From: an uncultured Rivularia sp.
Lineage (GTDB): Bacteria; Cyanobacteriota; Cyanobacteriia; Cyanobacteriales; Nostocaceae
Direction of reading: 5' to 3'
DNA length: 64,000 nucleotides
NCBI GenBank assembly: GCA_963665115.1
Contig: OY762007.1
Location: 3,872,001-3,936,000, forward strand
Shown here: positions 9,812-20,059 of the stretch, piece by piece
How the letters are laid out: each line of letters begins with the position of its first letter
How positions within the stretch are numbered: position 1 is the first letter of the stretch
Program-made: the position numbers and the translations under genes
The notes under the pieces: generated by a model
Seen by the model: only the letters and a program-made list of their open reading frames with translations
Database searches by the model: none
Told to the model about the DNA's origin: nothing

Positions 9812-11321
9812 TTAACCGATCGGCGATCGCCCGAAAAATTCCACAAAATTCTTCATGCGTTGGGATAATTCGGAATTCATCGCTTCACTTCGATAGCGCC
9901 AATCCCAGTTACCTTCTCCTTGACTAGGAATATTCATTCGAGCATCGGAACCCAATCCCAAAATATCCTGCAAGGGGAAAATCGCTACATTTGCAACCGA
10001 ACCCATTGCCAAACGAATCAAATCCCAATGCACTCCATCCGGGCTTATAGAACCTAGATAGAAATTTAAGTTGTGTTTTTCCGTATCGTTGGCTTTTTCG
10101 TACCAACCGACGGTAGTGTCGTTATCGTGAGTACCCGTATAAATTACACAATTAGTATCTTGTACGTTGAAAGGTAAATAAGGATTGCTGGCATCTCCAC
10201 CAAAAGCAAACTGCAAAACCTTCATACCGGGAAACTCGAATTTATCGCGTAAAGCTTCAACTTCTGGGGTGATAGTTCCCAAGTCTTCTGCTAATACTGG
10301 TAAAACACCAAGCTGCTGTTTAATAGTTTCAAACAACTTGTCTCCGGGAGCCTTTAACCATTCTCCATTGATTGCAGTTTCTTCACCCAAAGGTACAGCC
10401 CAATAAGCTTCAAATCCCCGAAAATGGTCGATACGAATAATATCAACATAATCGAGCATCGCTTCAAAACGCTGCACCCACCACTTAAACTTTTGCTTTT
10501 CCAACTGCTCCCAATCGTAAACCGGATTTCCCCACAATTGACCAGTTGCGCTAAAGTAATCCGGTGGTACACCAGCCATTAACGCAGCTTCTCCAGTTTC
10601 CTTATCCAAAGAAAAATTATCAGGATTTCCCCAAACATCGGCGCTATCGTGAGCTACATAAATTGGAATATCACCGACAATTTCAACATTGCGATCGTTA
10701 GCGTATTTTCTCAATTCCGACCACTGACTATAAAATTGGAACTGAAGAAACTTGTGATAAAAAACTTCCGAATCTAAATCTTTTTTCGCCTTTTCTATCG
10801 CTTCAGGTTTGCGCTTGGCAATACCTTCATCCCAACTATTCCAGCTTGCGCCCCCGGTACTATCCTTGAGCGCCATAAATAAACTATAATCATCCAGCCA
10901 ATAAGCCTTGGAATCGCAAAATTCTTCAAATTCTTTGAGTTGTTCTTTTGTATGATTAGCTTTGAAATTAGAACAAGCTTTTTTCAACAAAGGAGTTTTA
11001 GTCGATTCTACCTGCTGATAATCCACATTATCCAGCGGAAATTCAGGTAAATTAGCAAAATCATCATCACTCAATAAACCTGCACCGTGCAACTTATCCG
11101 GGCTAATCAACAGCGGATTACCCGCTAAAGCTGAATAGCACATATAAGGAGAATTACCAAAACCAGTAGGCCCCTAAAGGTAGAATTTGCCAATACTTTT
11201 GAGAACCATCGTTGAGAAAATCAATAAAACGGTAAGCTTCATGCCCCAAATCGCCAACACCGAAACGGCTGGGAAAACTAGTAGGATGAAGTAAAATACC
11301 GCTGCTTCTAGGAAAAGACAT
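9812..11321 (-). CDS. malQ: 4-alpha-glucanotransferase (amylomaltase), split by a +1 frameshift at 11171-11174
   Basis: ATG at 11321 gives MSFPRSSGILLHPTS...WQILPLG. Removing one G restores GPTGFGNSPY, joined to the ORF containing RIDHFRG and YTGTHDNDT (502 aa). Confidence 0.93.
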
Positions 11322-11509
11322 AAATAATCCTGACTATAAAAAAAGCATATCCAATCGAATTTATCATAATAGTTGTTAGTTGTTAGTGGTTAGTTGTTAG
11401 TTGTTAATTGTTAGCACTTAGTTGTTACCAGTTTAAAATTATTTATCCTTGTCCCCTTGTCTCCCCCCTCTCCCCCCTCTTCCCCCTCTCCCCCATGCCC
11501 AAATAAATT

Positions 11510-11938
11510 ATGACTTACCGAAATCCCGCTCCAACAGTAGATATCATCATCGAGTTAATTGATAAACCACATCGACCAATAGTATTAATCGAACGTCATA
11601 ACGAACCATTCGGTTGGGCTATTCCTGGAGGTTTTGTCGATTATGGGGAAGCTGTAGAAACGGCAGCAAAAAGGGAAGCTTTAGAAGAAATTGGTTTGGA
11701 AGTAGAGTTAGTAGAGCAGTTTCACGTATATTCCGATCCCAAACGAGATCCGCGCAAGCATACGATAAGTATTGTGTTTATTGCCACTGCAAAAGGCGAG
11801 CCGAAAGCAGGTGATGATGCCAAAGATGCAGCGATTTTTGAATCTTGGAATGTACCTGGTAACTTATGTTTCGATCACGATCGGATTTTGCGCGATTATT
11901 GGCGATATCGGCATTATGGGATACGTCCAAGGGTTTAA
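11510..11938 (+). CDS. NUDIX hydrolase
   Basis: Nudix box [23 protein letters not shown] and DPRKH. Confidence 0.93.
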   Translation: MTYRNPAPTVDIIIELIDKPHRPIVLIERHNEPFGWAIPGGFVDYGEAVETAAKREALEEIGLEVELVEQFHVYSDPKRDPRKHTISIVFIATAKGEPKAGDDAKDAAIFESWNVPGNLCFDHDRILRDYWRYRHYGIRPRV

Positions 11939-12004
11939 GATTTTAGATTTTAGATTTTGGATTTTGGATTTTCGTAATAGAGTTTATTTTAACTGGCGGT
12001 TCAT

Positions 12005-12110
12005 CTCGTTCCCAGACTCCGGCTGGGAATGCATTTCAGAGGCTCTGCCTCTTTTTTATCTGGAGGCAGAGCCTCCCAGAATGGGTTCCCAGCCAGAGGC
12101 TAGGAACCAG
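12005..12110. repeat. Three-hairpin palindromic intergenic element (REP/MITE-like)
   Basis: Stems TTCCCAG/CTGGGAA, a perfect 13-bp GAGGCTCTGCCTC/GAGGCAGAGCCTC, and GTTCCCAGCC/GGCTAGGAAC. Confidence 0.75.
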
Positions 12111-12200
12111 TTACAAAGTGAAACCCAAAATCCTATATTGAGTCACCTTTAACACAAAAAAACGCGATTATACTGGGTAAATTGTATTCAAAGGTGCATG

Positions 12201-12546
12201 ATGAACGCTGAAGAACTTTTAGAAAAATATAAAGCTGGTGAGCGAACTTTTAAAGAATTAAACCTCAGAGGATGGAGCAGATTTAGCAGCAGCAAACCTA
12301 AACAGCGCAAAGCTAAATAAAGCCTGCCTTCAAAAAGCAAATTTAGAAAGAGCCGATTTACAAAACACCAACCTCACCAAAGCCAACTTAAATAACGCCA
12401 ACCTAAAAAAAGCAGATTTAACCAACGCGAATATTTATGGTGCGACATTTGAAAATGCAGACCTAACTGGTGCGATAATGCCAGATGGGGAAATCTATCA
12501 AGCACAGATGGAATCCTATCAACCAGAAAGTTCTCAGGTGGAATCT
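12201..12546 (+). pseudogene. Pentapeptide-repeat domain, frameshifted at ~12273 and in frame with the downstream RidA
   Basis: [24 protein letters not shown], then after the shift [30 protein letters not shown]...[11 protein letters not shown], with no stop before RidA. Confidence 0.8.
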
Positions 12547-12936
12547 ATGACTCGTAAAGTTATTAAAACTAATAATGCACCCGCACCCGTAGGGCCTTAC
12601 AATCAAGCTGTGATGGCTTCGGGACAAATGCTTTTCGTTGCTGGACAAATTGCTATCGATCCTAGAGCGGGTAATGTTGTCTACACTGACGATGTGACGA
12701 AGCAAACTGAACAGGTAATGACTAATTTAGAAGCTATTTTAACTGAAGCTGGCGCTACTTTTGAGAATGTCGTAAAGACTACCGTATTTTTAAAAGACAT
12801 GGGTGATTTTGCTGCGGTGAATGCAGTTTATGCAAAATACTTTGATGAAGCAACCGCTCCAGCACGGGCTTGTGTTGAGGTTTCTCGTTTACCAAAAGAT
12901 GTTTTAGTGGAAATTGAATGTATTGCGATGGTTTGA
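12547..12936 (+). CDS. ridA: RidA/YjgF/UK114 reactive-intermediate deaminase domain
   Basis: [25 protein letters not shown] and [20 protein letters not shown]. An internal ATG sits at 12547. Confidence 0.92.
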   Translation: MTRKVIKTNNAPAPVGPYNQAVMASGQMLFVAGQIAIDPRAGNVVYTDDVTKQTEQVMTNLEAILTEAGATFENVVKTTVFLKDMGDFAAVNAVYAKYFDEATAPARACVEVSRLPKDVLVEIECIAMV

Positions 12937-13127
12937 AGAGGGAGTAGGGAGTAGGGAGTAGAAAGTAGGGAGTAGGGAGTAGAAAGTAGGGAGTAGGGAG
13001 TAGTGTTTTTATAATTGTAAATAGCTAAATGTTGTTTTTAACACATAAAATAATATCAATAGTTTTCCGAAATAGATTAATTTAAAGTTGATTCTATAAT
13101 CAAGTAGATTTAACGAATAAATTTTTG

Positions 13128-13151
13128 AGGTGGGCTTTGCTCGCCTTTTTT
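13128..13151 (+). terminator. Putative rho-independent terminator after ridA
   Basis: AGGTGGGC-TTT-GCTCGCCT stem followed by a T run. Confidence 0.6.
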
Positions 13152-13275
13152 ATTTGAAGAGAATAGGCAACAGTAAACGGGGAACAGAAGAATATTTGCG
13201 ATTAATATTGCGATTAATATTTATAATTTAGGTGCATATAAAAATAACTCTCTTTCTTCTATTACCCATTACTTA

Positions 13276-15036
13276 TTACCTATTACTATTACCCTCTTTA
13301 TAATTACAACTCTGCTTTAACCAAGTAAAACGGAATGTGGTACCTCGATTAAGTTGGGATTCTAGTTTAATTTTGCCGCCTTCTGTTTCAATAATCTTTT
13401 TAACAATTGCTAAACCAATTCCGGTACTATCATTTTTATCTTTTGATTCGAGAGTTTGGAAGATAGCAAAAATTGTATCGTGATATTCGAGGGGAATGCC
13501 GGGGCCATCATCTGTTACACTAAATTCATAAAATCTTTCTGAATCTTGAACTGATATTTCTATTTTTCCATCGGAACGATGATGATGCTTGATTGCATTA
13601 CTAATTAAGTTTGCAAATACCTGTTGTAAAAGTATTTTTCTACCTTGCAAATTAGGCATCATTGGACTAATCACTATCTTAAATTCCGATGATGGATGAA
13701 GAGAACTAATTATTTCTGATAGCAAATCCGCTACAGATATGCTTTCTATCGCTATCTGAGTTCTTCCGACTCTAGAGTAATTTAAAAGACTATCTATTAA
13801 ATTTTGCATATGGTGCAATCGCGATCGCAACATATCAATATGAGTTCGGGTTTCTGGTTCGACTTTATCGCCCAAATCATCTTCAATCCAAGACGAGATA
13901 TTGCCTATTGCTCGTAATGGTGCTTTCAAATCGTGAGAAACTATATAGGCAAACTGGTCAAGTTCTTGATTGCGCTGCTTATATTGATTGGTCATTTCTA
14001 ATAAGCTAGCATTCGTTTGTAGCAAATTCTCTTCACTTTCACGTAATGCCGCTTCTTTACGCTTGCGCTCTGCTAGTTCTTGCTGAACTTGATGATATAA
14101 TTCTGATTGATGAATGGCTATACTAATTTGAGTTGCTAATTGTTCGAGCAATTCTATTTCTAATTGCTGCCATTTTCGAGATGTCGAACAATGATGAGCA
14201 ATTAATAAACCCCACAAACCTTTATCTAATAAAATCGGTACGACTAAATTGGCTTTTACCTGAAACTGAGTCAACATATCAACGTAACATTGACTGAGTT
14301 TTTTGTTATCAATGTCTGATACAACTCTTACACGTCCTTTTTGATAATGTTGAACGTAACTTTCCCCAAAGCAGGGGTCGTATATTTCTTTTGATAATAT
14401 GGAAATATATTCGGGAGCTACAGATTCACTAATTGCTTCACCACTCCAATCTTTATTAAAGCGGAAAATTACTACTCTATCGGTTTGCAAAAATTTTCTA
14501 ACTTCCGAAACAGTAGTATCAAGAACTCGATCTAATTCCAGAGACTGACGAATTTGTTGAGTGATTTGCAATATTAAACGTTCGCGTTGGGCTTGCTGTT
14601 CGATTTTAGCCCGTAAATTAGCCGTTTGAATTGCGGTATCTACAGCGAATCGCAAACCTTCAGATGTAATTCTACCTTTCACAAGATAATCTTGCGCTCC
14701 TCCTTTAATCGCTTTTACAGCTATTGTTTCATCGCCGTGACCTGTAAGAAGGATAATAGGTAAATGCTTTAAATAAGGCTTCGCTTTTAATTCTGCTAAA
14801 AGTTCCAAACCATTAAAGTCTGGTAGCATAAAATCTAGTAAAATTGCATCTGGATTTTGCGTTGATAACTCTAAACCCTCTTCCCCTGTTTCGGCTTCTA
14901 ATATGGTGTAACTGTACTTATTATCTTGTCCAAGGTATCGTCGATAAATCTCTCTGTCTTCGAGACTGTCATCTACAATAAGCACAATCCGGTGCTGATT
15001 TTGGGACATAATCGATTTTAAAGGTAATGTCTTCAC
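13276..15036 (-). CDS. Hybrid sensor kinase REC-GAF(cyanobacteriochrome-like)-HisKA-HATPase (start possibly ATG 15009)
   Basis: REC motifs LIVDD/LLDF, GAF with DRVVIFRF, DPCF, CY and VKANLVVPI, then SHDLKAPL, NLISNAIK and GIGLAIVK. Confidence 0.9.
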   Translation of the reverse strand: MKTLPLKSIMSQNQHRIVLIVDDSLEDREIYRRYLGQDNKYSYTILEAETGEEGLELSTQNPDAILLDFMLPDFNGLELLAELKAKPYLKHLPIILLTGHGDETIAVKAIKGGAQDYLVKGRITSEGLRFAVDTAIQTANLRAKIEQQAQRERLILQITQQIRQSLELDRVLDTTVSEVRKFLQTDRVVIFRFNKDWSGEAISESVAPEYISILSKEIYDPCFGESYVQHYQKGRVRVVSDIDNKKLSQCYVDMLTQFQVKANLVVPILLDKGLWGLLIAHHCSTSRKWQQLEIELLEQLATQISIAIHQSELYHQVQQELAERKRKEAALRESEENLLQTNASLLEMTNQYKQRNQELDQFAYIVSHDLKAPLRAIGNISSWIEDDLGDKVEPETRTHIDMLRSRLHHMQNLIDSLLNYSRVGRTQIAIESISVADLLSEIISSLHPSSEFKIVISPMMPNLQGRKILLQQVFANLISNAIKHHHRSDGKIEISVQDSERFYEFSVTDDGPGIPLEYHDTIFAIFQTLESKDKNDSTGIGLAIVKKIIETEGGKIKLESQLNRGTTFRFTWLKQSCNYKEGNSNR

Positions 15037-15646
15037 TTCATCTAAACTGCTACGTATCTGCGAATACTGTCGAAAATAGCTTGAATGTAACTATTAAAGT
15101 TTATAATGCAACAGCAGAAGAGTTGAAGACGTTACGCTACGAGATTTTTGATAATTAATGTATTTAGATATAAATCTAATTTTAATTTTAATTTAAACCT
15201 ATACTCTGTCTCTTCAAAAATAATTTTTTGAAAAACTAATTTTAGAAAGAGAAAAAAATCGGTAACTCAATTCCTATGCGAGTTCAAAACTCGGATATTT
15301 TGAGAGCATACCCTCGAAAAAACGCCAATACTCTTGTGCAACGAACAACTTGTCGATCTAAGCAAGTTTTTCGATAGATTCTTAATAATTCTATATTATA
15401 TTAAATTTGTTGTAATTAGTTGAGCGGTAAAACACTTAATCTGTATAAAATAAATATTTATTAAATAAGATGATGAAATGATTGCAGAAAATATCTATCT
15501 TTGGCAGTAAGATAAAATAGTACGTCACACGCACTACTCGCGGCTATAAAAACAAAAAAACCCGGTTTGTTCAAAAAACCGAGTTTATTAATATTGTTAT
15601 ATCAATTCTGAAATCCCGAAAATTATTGTTTAACTATCATTATTCT

Positions 15647-16786
15647 TTAATTGAAATTGTCTTCTGCTGTCGCTGATGTTTCTGACTCCGAAGGTGATTC
15701 TTCTGTATTCTCGGAAGGTGCTTCTGGAGTAAACTCAAATTCACGATTCTCTGAAGGTTGCTCCGTTTGATTATTGCTAGGAATAATAACATCCGATTCG
15801 GGAGCAGCTTCAACTGTTGTTTCTTGTGTTTCTGGCTGCTGTTTTTTAGATGAAATAATTTCTTCCATCAACTCTTCAATTACTTCCGTTTGCTCAACAT
15901 TACCTTGCTTGCGATATTGTTTGTGAGCGCGTTTGAGAACTTGCTGTGCTTTCTTATATTCACCTTGCTTGTAGAAAGCTACTCCCAATTTGTAATAAGC
16001 AGAAGGATTATCTGGAACTTTACGAATCGCTTGAATATAAGTGTCAATCGCTTCCGGAGTTTGCCCTCTAGCTGCTAATAAATTACCTAAATTATTGTAT
16101 GCTGCAACATTTTTAGGACTTAACTGCAAAACTTCGCGGTAGGCAAGAATAGCTTTACCTGTATCTCCTTGTTCTTGTAAAGCTAAACCTAAATTAAAAT
16201 AAGCATTAGGATTGCTTTTATCTAGATTAATTGATTGCTGATAAGCGGCGATCGCTTCTTCGTTTTGCCCTTGTTGATATAATGCCAAACCTAAATTATA
16301 GTTTGCATTAGCCATTGTTGGCTCAACTACCAATGCTTGACGGTAAGCAGTAATTGCAGCTTCATTTTGTCCTTGCTTATGCAGAGCTAAACCCAAATTA
16401 TAGTAAGCCTCAGCCAAATTAGGATTGAGACGAATCGCTTCCCCATACTCCTGTACGGCTGCATCCAAACGATTTTGCTTTAAAAAGATATTGCCTAAAT
16501 AATTTCGCGCCGAGCCAAGATTAGAATCGCGACTCAAAGCAGCCCGTAAAGCCAACTCAGCCCCTTGGAAGTCACCGCTGTTGTAGCGCATAACCCCTTG
16601 CTGAAACAAACCAGCAGCTTCCAAATCTTGAGTAACAGCAGTTTGCGCCGAAACTTTATTTCCAGGTAACTCAGCAATAGTTAAGCCAATCAACGTAGCA
16701 CAGGAACAAAATATTAAAGGAACAGAAGCGCGAATAATACGCTTAATTTGTGAAAATTTTTGAGACATTCTAAGCTTTCCCCGCAC
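15647..16786 (-). CDS. Exported TPR-repeat protein with acidic tail
   Basis: Signal-like N-terminus and about 7 TPRs (AYYNLGLAL..QG...AI.AY). Confidence 0.9.
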   Translation of the reverse strand: MRGKLRMSQKFSQIKRIIRASVPLIFCSCATLIGLTIAELPGNKVSAQTAVTQDLEAAGLFQQGVMRYNSGDFQGAELALRAALSRDSNLGSARNYLGNIFLKQNRLDAAVQEYGEAIRLNPNLAEAYYNLGLALHKQGQNEAAITAYRQALVVEPTMANANYNLGLALYQQGQNEEAIAAYQQSINLDKSNPNAYFNLGLALQEQGDTGKAILAYREVLQLSPKNVAAYNNLGNLLAARGQTPEAIDTYIQAIRKVPDNPSAYYKLGVAFYKQGEYKKAQQVLKRAHKQYRKQGNVEQTEVIEELMEEIISSKKQQPETQETTVEAAPESDVIIPSNNQTEQPSENREFEFTPEAPSENTEESPSESETSATAEDNFN

Positions 16787-16986
16787 TTATTATTAGATGC
16801 TATTTAAGTTAGAATGCCCAATGTGAAGGGGAAAATTGAACTTTTTTAATAATTTTTTTTTAAGGAGATGGGGGATGGGGAGATGGGATGATGGGGAGAC
16901 AAGGGGAAAATAATAACTCCTAACTCCTCACTATCCTCCATGCCCAATTACCAATCCCCAATTGATAATTGATAATTGATAATTGT

Positions 16987-18193
16987 TCATTGTTCATTGA
17001 CAACTGCTTCTGGCAATATCAACATCGCATCACCAAAAGAATAAAAACGATATCGGGATGCAATTGCTTCTTGGTATATATTCAACAGTCTTTCTCTACC
17101 AATTAAAGCGCTGACTAACATCAACAAACTTGAGCGTGGTAAATGAAAGTTGGTAATCAAACCTTGTACAACTTTCCACCGATACCCCGGATATATAAAT
17201 AAGTTGGTTTCGCCGCAAAATGGCTGCAATCCCCCTTCCCCAGTCGCGGCTCCTTCTAATGTTCTTACAACTGTCGTTCCCACGGCTATAATTCTTCCAC
17301 CTTTGGCTTTAGTTTCGCGGATTTTCTCTACTGTCTCCGCTGGTACTTCAATCCACTCTCCATGCATTTCATGGGTGGTTACGTCTTTTACTTCCACAGG
17401 GCGAAAGGTTTCCCACTCCGACGTGTAAGGTGACGAAAGCTCGATTAATCCCGGTTTCTTGCAACTTTTCTAATAGCTCAGGAGTAAAATGCAATCCCGC
17501 TGTCGGTGCTGCAACTGCTCCCGGATTTTCGGCGTAAACTGTCTGATATTGCTGGCTTTGTGCTTCACTCGCTGTAATGTAAGGCGGTAAAGGTACTTCA
17601 CCAAATTCTTCTAATAGCTGTATTAATGACATTCCCGGAGGTACGTCAAATTGTAATAACCTTCCTCCGGTAGCTTCGTCTGTCTCTAAAACCGTAGCTA
17701 CTAATTCTTTAACAGTCTTTAAACTATCTTCCTTGGCTGCAAAAACTATCTCGCTACCTTTTTTAAATCGCTTTCCCGGTTTCACCAAAGCCAACCAACA
17801 ATTCTGCTGCTTTTCTTCCAATAACAAAACTTCTACCTGCGCTCCCGTAGATTTACGTCCGTAAAGTCTCGCTGGTATGACTTTTGTATCATTCATCACT
17901 AATAAATCTCCCGGACGAAGAACTACTGGTAAATCTCTAAAAATACAATGGGTTGGTATATTTTTTATACCAGTGTCTAGAGAATCTACTACCAATAATC
18001 GCGAACTATCTCTAGGAACGGCAGGGTTTTGAGCAACCAGTTCGGGAGGTAGATTGTAGTCGTATCCATCTAGAGAACGGTCTAAATTGATAGCGGTATT
18101 ATCTGTATTTGAAGAGTAAGAACTGCTGTCGGTGTCAGTTTGCGAGTTGGAAGGATTAGATTTTCCGATGTCCGGTATTTGCTGCATTCCCAT
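16987..18193 (-). CDS. queA: tRNA preQ1 S-adenosylmethionine ribosyltransferase-isomerase, split by a +1 frameshift at 17409-17411
   Basis: 5' ORF has [11 protein letters not shown] and LHVGVG. 3' ORF has [15 protein letters not shown] and [10 protein letters not shown]. Deleting one A restores GTFRPV. Confidence 0.95.
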
Positions 18194-18429
18194 GATTGGT
18201 TTGATAATTAAAAAAATATAGATTATAGTTTATAAAAGAAATCTCGACTATCAGCCCTAAGTAAGATTAAGCATATTACATCTGCACGAATTTTAAGTAA
18301 TACGCAAAATCTACGATAAAAATTGGGTAAACCTCCCCATCGAAAAACGGGGGCTTTTACCCTACCGAATGCATGGGTCTATATATCAATAATAGAGATG
18401 TAGAATTGGTTTTAATCCCAAGCACCAAC

Positions 18430-18819
18430 ATGGAATACTTGTATTACCTGGCTAATGCCAGTTTAACTTTAAGGGTAGTTCAATATTTGCATGGTAGACC
18501 CCGGATACCTGTTTCCTTCATCACCGTAATTCATCAGATAGATGGTTGGGTAGTTAGAGTTAAGCTTGATTATCCGATTAGCAATAATGAAGATGGGGAT
18601 GTTCGCGCTTTCTTAAACGAACTAGGAATTCGCTACGAACCTCCAATGCGTGTGCAAATGGCGCTGTGGAGTTTAGAAGCCCAACAGAATCCGGTTGAAG
18701 TTATGCGTCGCTATCAAGTGGCCATTGTTTCTCACGGTAGCCCTGACAAAGAAGAAATTGAAGCATTTCGACAACAATTCGTTAGAGGATTGGGTTACTG
18801 TCCGGAAACCCTGGCGTAA
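18430..18819 (+). CDS. Conserved cyanobacterial hypothetical protein
   Basis: MEYLYYLANASLTLRVV...GLGYCPETLA is a sequence type I recognise as cyanobacterial. ORF track start is 18373. Confidence 0.7.
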   Translation: MEYLYYLANASLTLRVVQYLHGRPRIPVSFITVIHQIDGWVVRVKLDYPISNNEDGDVRAFLNELGIRYEPPMRVQMALWSLEAQQNPVEVMRRYQVAIVSHGSPDKEEIEAFRQQFVRGLGYCPETLA

Positions 18820-18906
18820 TAATTACTGCTATATCTTGCTATCACAATTGAATAATTATTAATTGATAGTCAGTAATTAATGTTTTTCTATATATCACTA
18901 ATATTG

Positions 18907-19362
18907 CTAGTTGTCAATTAAATATTCAAATGCTGCTCGAATGTATTCTTGTAACGTTAAATAGTATCCCGATGACGATAAACTCGCTATTGCATTTGTT
19001 TTAGTGATTTTTCTCTGACAGCAAACAATGGCGACATCAAATCGACAGGGATAGTCAGCTTTTTCAGGATATTTTGCCAGAAACATCGCAGCAGTGCGAC
19101 AAAGTTTAATTTGCTTTGGAAGTGCGATCGCCATTCTTCCACCAGCATCCCAGTTACCCGGAGAGCGGGTTTTAACTTCGACGAATACTAGTATCATCGT
19201 GCCCGAATCATCTTCCCTTTGGGCAATAATATCAATTTCTCCCCAACGACAGCGCCAGCGACGATGCAAAATCAGCCAATCAGTAGATTCCAGCCATTGG
19301 ATTACTAGGTCTTCACCTAAAGTGCCGATATCGGGATAATCTGAGGAAGGATGGTTTGCCAT
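18907..19362 (-). CDS. YraN/UPF0102 family PD-(D/E)xK nuclease-like protein
   Basis: G.LGED, GEIDIIA, VFVEVKTR and CRFDV. Confidence 0.92.
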   Translation of the reverse strand: MANHPSSDYPDIGTLGEDLVIQWLESTDWLILHRRWRCRWGEIDIIAQREDDSGTMILVFVEVKTRSPGNWDAGGRMAIALPKQIKLCRTAAMFLAKYPEKADYPCRFDVAIVCCQRKITKTNAIASLSSSGYYLTLQEYIRAAFEYLIDN

Positions 19363-19378
19363 GAGCAGTTAAATTATC

Positions 19379-19885
19379 ATGATTTTTACTAAAAGCAATT
19401 GGATAATTGTAAGTATAGTTAGTTTATTGTTTTGGGGAATGGCTTCTATATTGCCATTAAGTCTAACTCCCCAAGCTTTTGCACTGGATTACAACAAAGA
19501 AATATTAATCGAAGCTGATTTCTCCAATCAAGATTTAACCGATTCGAGTTTTACCAAAGCAAATCTTCGCGATAGCAACTTTAGCAATTCTAATTTGCAA
19601 GGTGTCAGATTTTTCGCAACTAATTTGGAGTCAGCTAATTTGACAAATGCGAATCTGAGATTTGCAACTTTAGATTCTGCACGTTTAGTCAAAGCAGATT
19701 TAACAAATGCAGTTTTAGAAGGTGCCTTTGCATCTAACGCTAGATTTGACGGTGCAATTATTGACGGTGCTGACTTTACCGATGTGTTGTTACGTGCCGA
19801 CGAACAAGATAAATTGTGTAAATTAGCCAAAGGTACCAATCCGACTACAGGAAGAGATACCCGCGATACTTTGTATTGTAGTTAA
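19379..19885 (+). CDS. Exported or lumenal pentapeptide repeat protein
   Basis: Signal peptide ending AFA, A(D/N)LXX repeats and C-terminal LC...[10 protein letters not shown]...L.C. Confidence 0.92.
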   Translation: MIFTKSNWIIVSIVSLLFWGMASILPLSLTPQAFALDYNKEILIEADFSNQDLTDSSFTKANLRDSNFSNSNLQGVRFFATNLESANLTNANLRFATLDSARLVKADLTNAVLEGAFASNARFDGAIIDGADFTDVLLRADEQDKLCKLAKGTNPTTGRDTRDTLYCS

Positions 19886-19960
19886 ATATTTATGATATAG
19901 AGTTTACCTACTAATTACTCACTTCCCGGCTTTATGATTACCGGCGTTGAGTGAGGGGGG

Positions 19961-20008
19961 AGAGCAGCTACTTGCGGGGGGTTTCTCTCCGTTGAGCAAA
20001 GTGGCGTG
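19961..20008. repeat. Small dispersed repeat (SDR-like hairpin) within a purine-rich tandem tract
   Basis: GAGCAGCTACTTGC...GCAAAGTGGCGT with an inner GGGGGG/CTCTCC stem. It shares a GAGAGCAGC start with the insert at 43885. Confidence 0.5.
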
Positions 20009-20059
20009 GGGGAAGAGGGGGAAGAAAATTCTTAACTCTTAACTCCCAATTCCTAACTC

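Noticed and set aside
11772..12152. 126-aa ORF overlapping the NUDIX gene
   Set aside because: Runs through STRR (ILDFRFWILDF) and the palindromic element, with no protein-like features.
15040..15150. Possible remnant of an Rcp1-like response regulator upstream of the GAF kinase
   Set aside because: Only a vague IQAIFD similarity, with no further collinear motifs.
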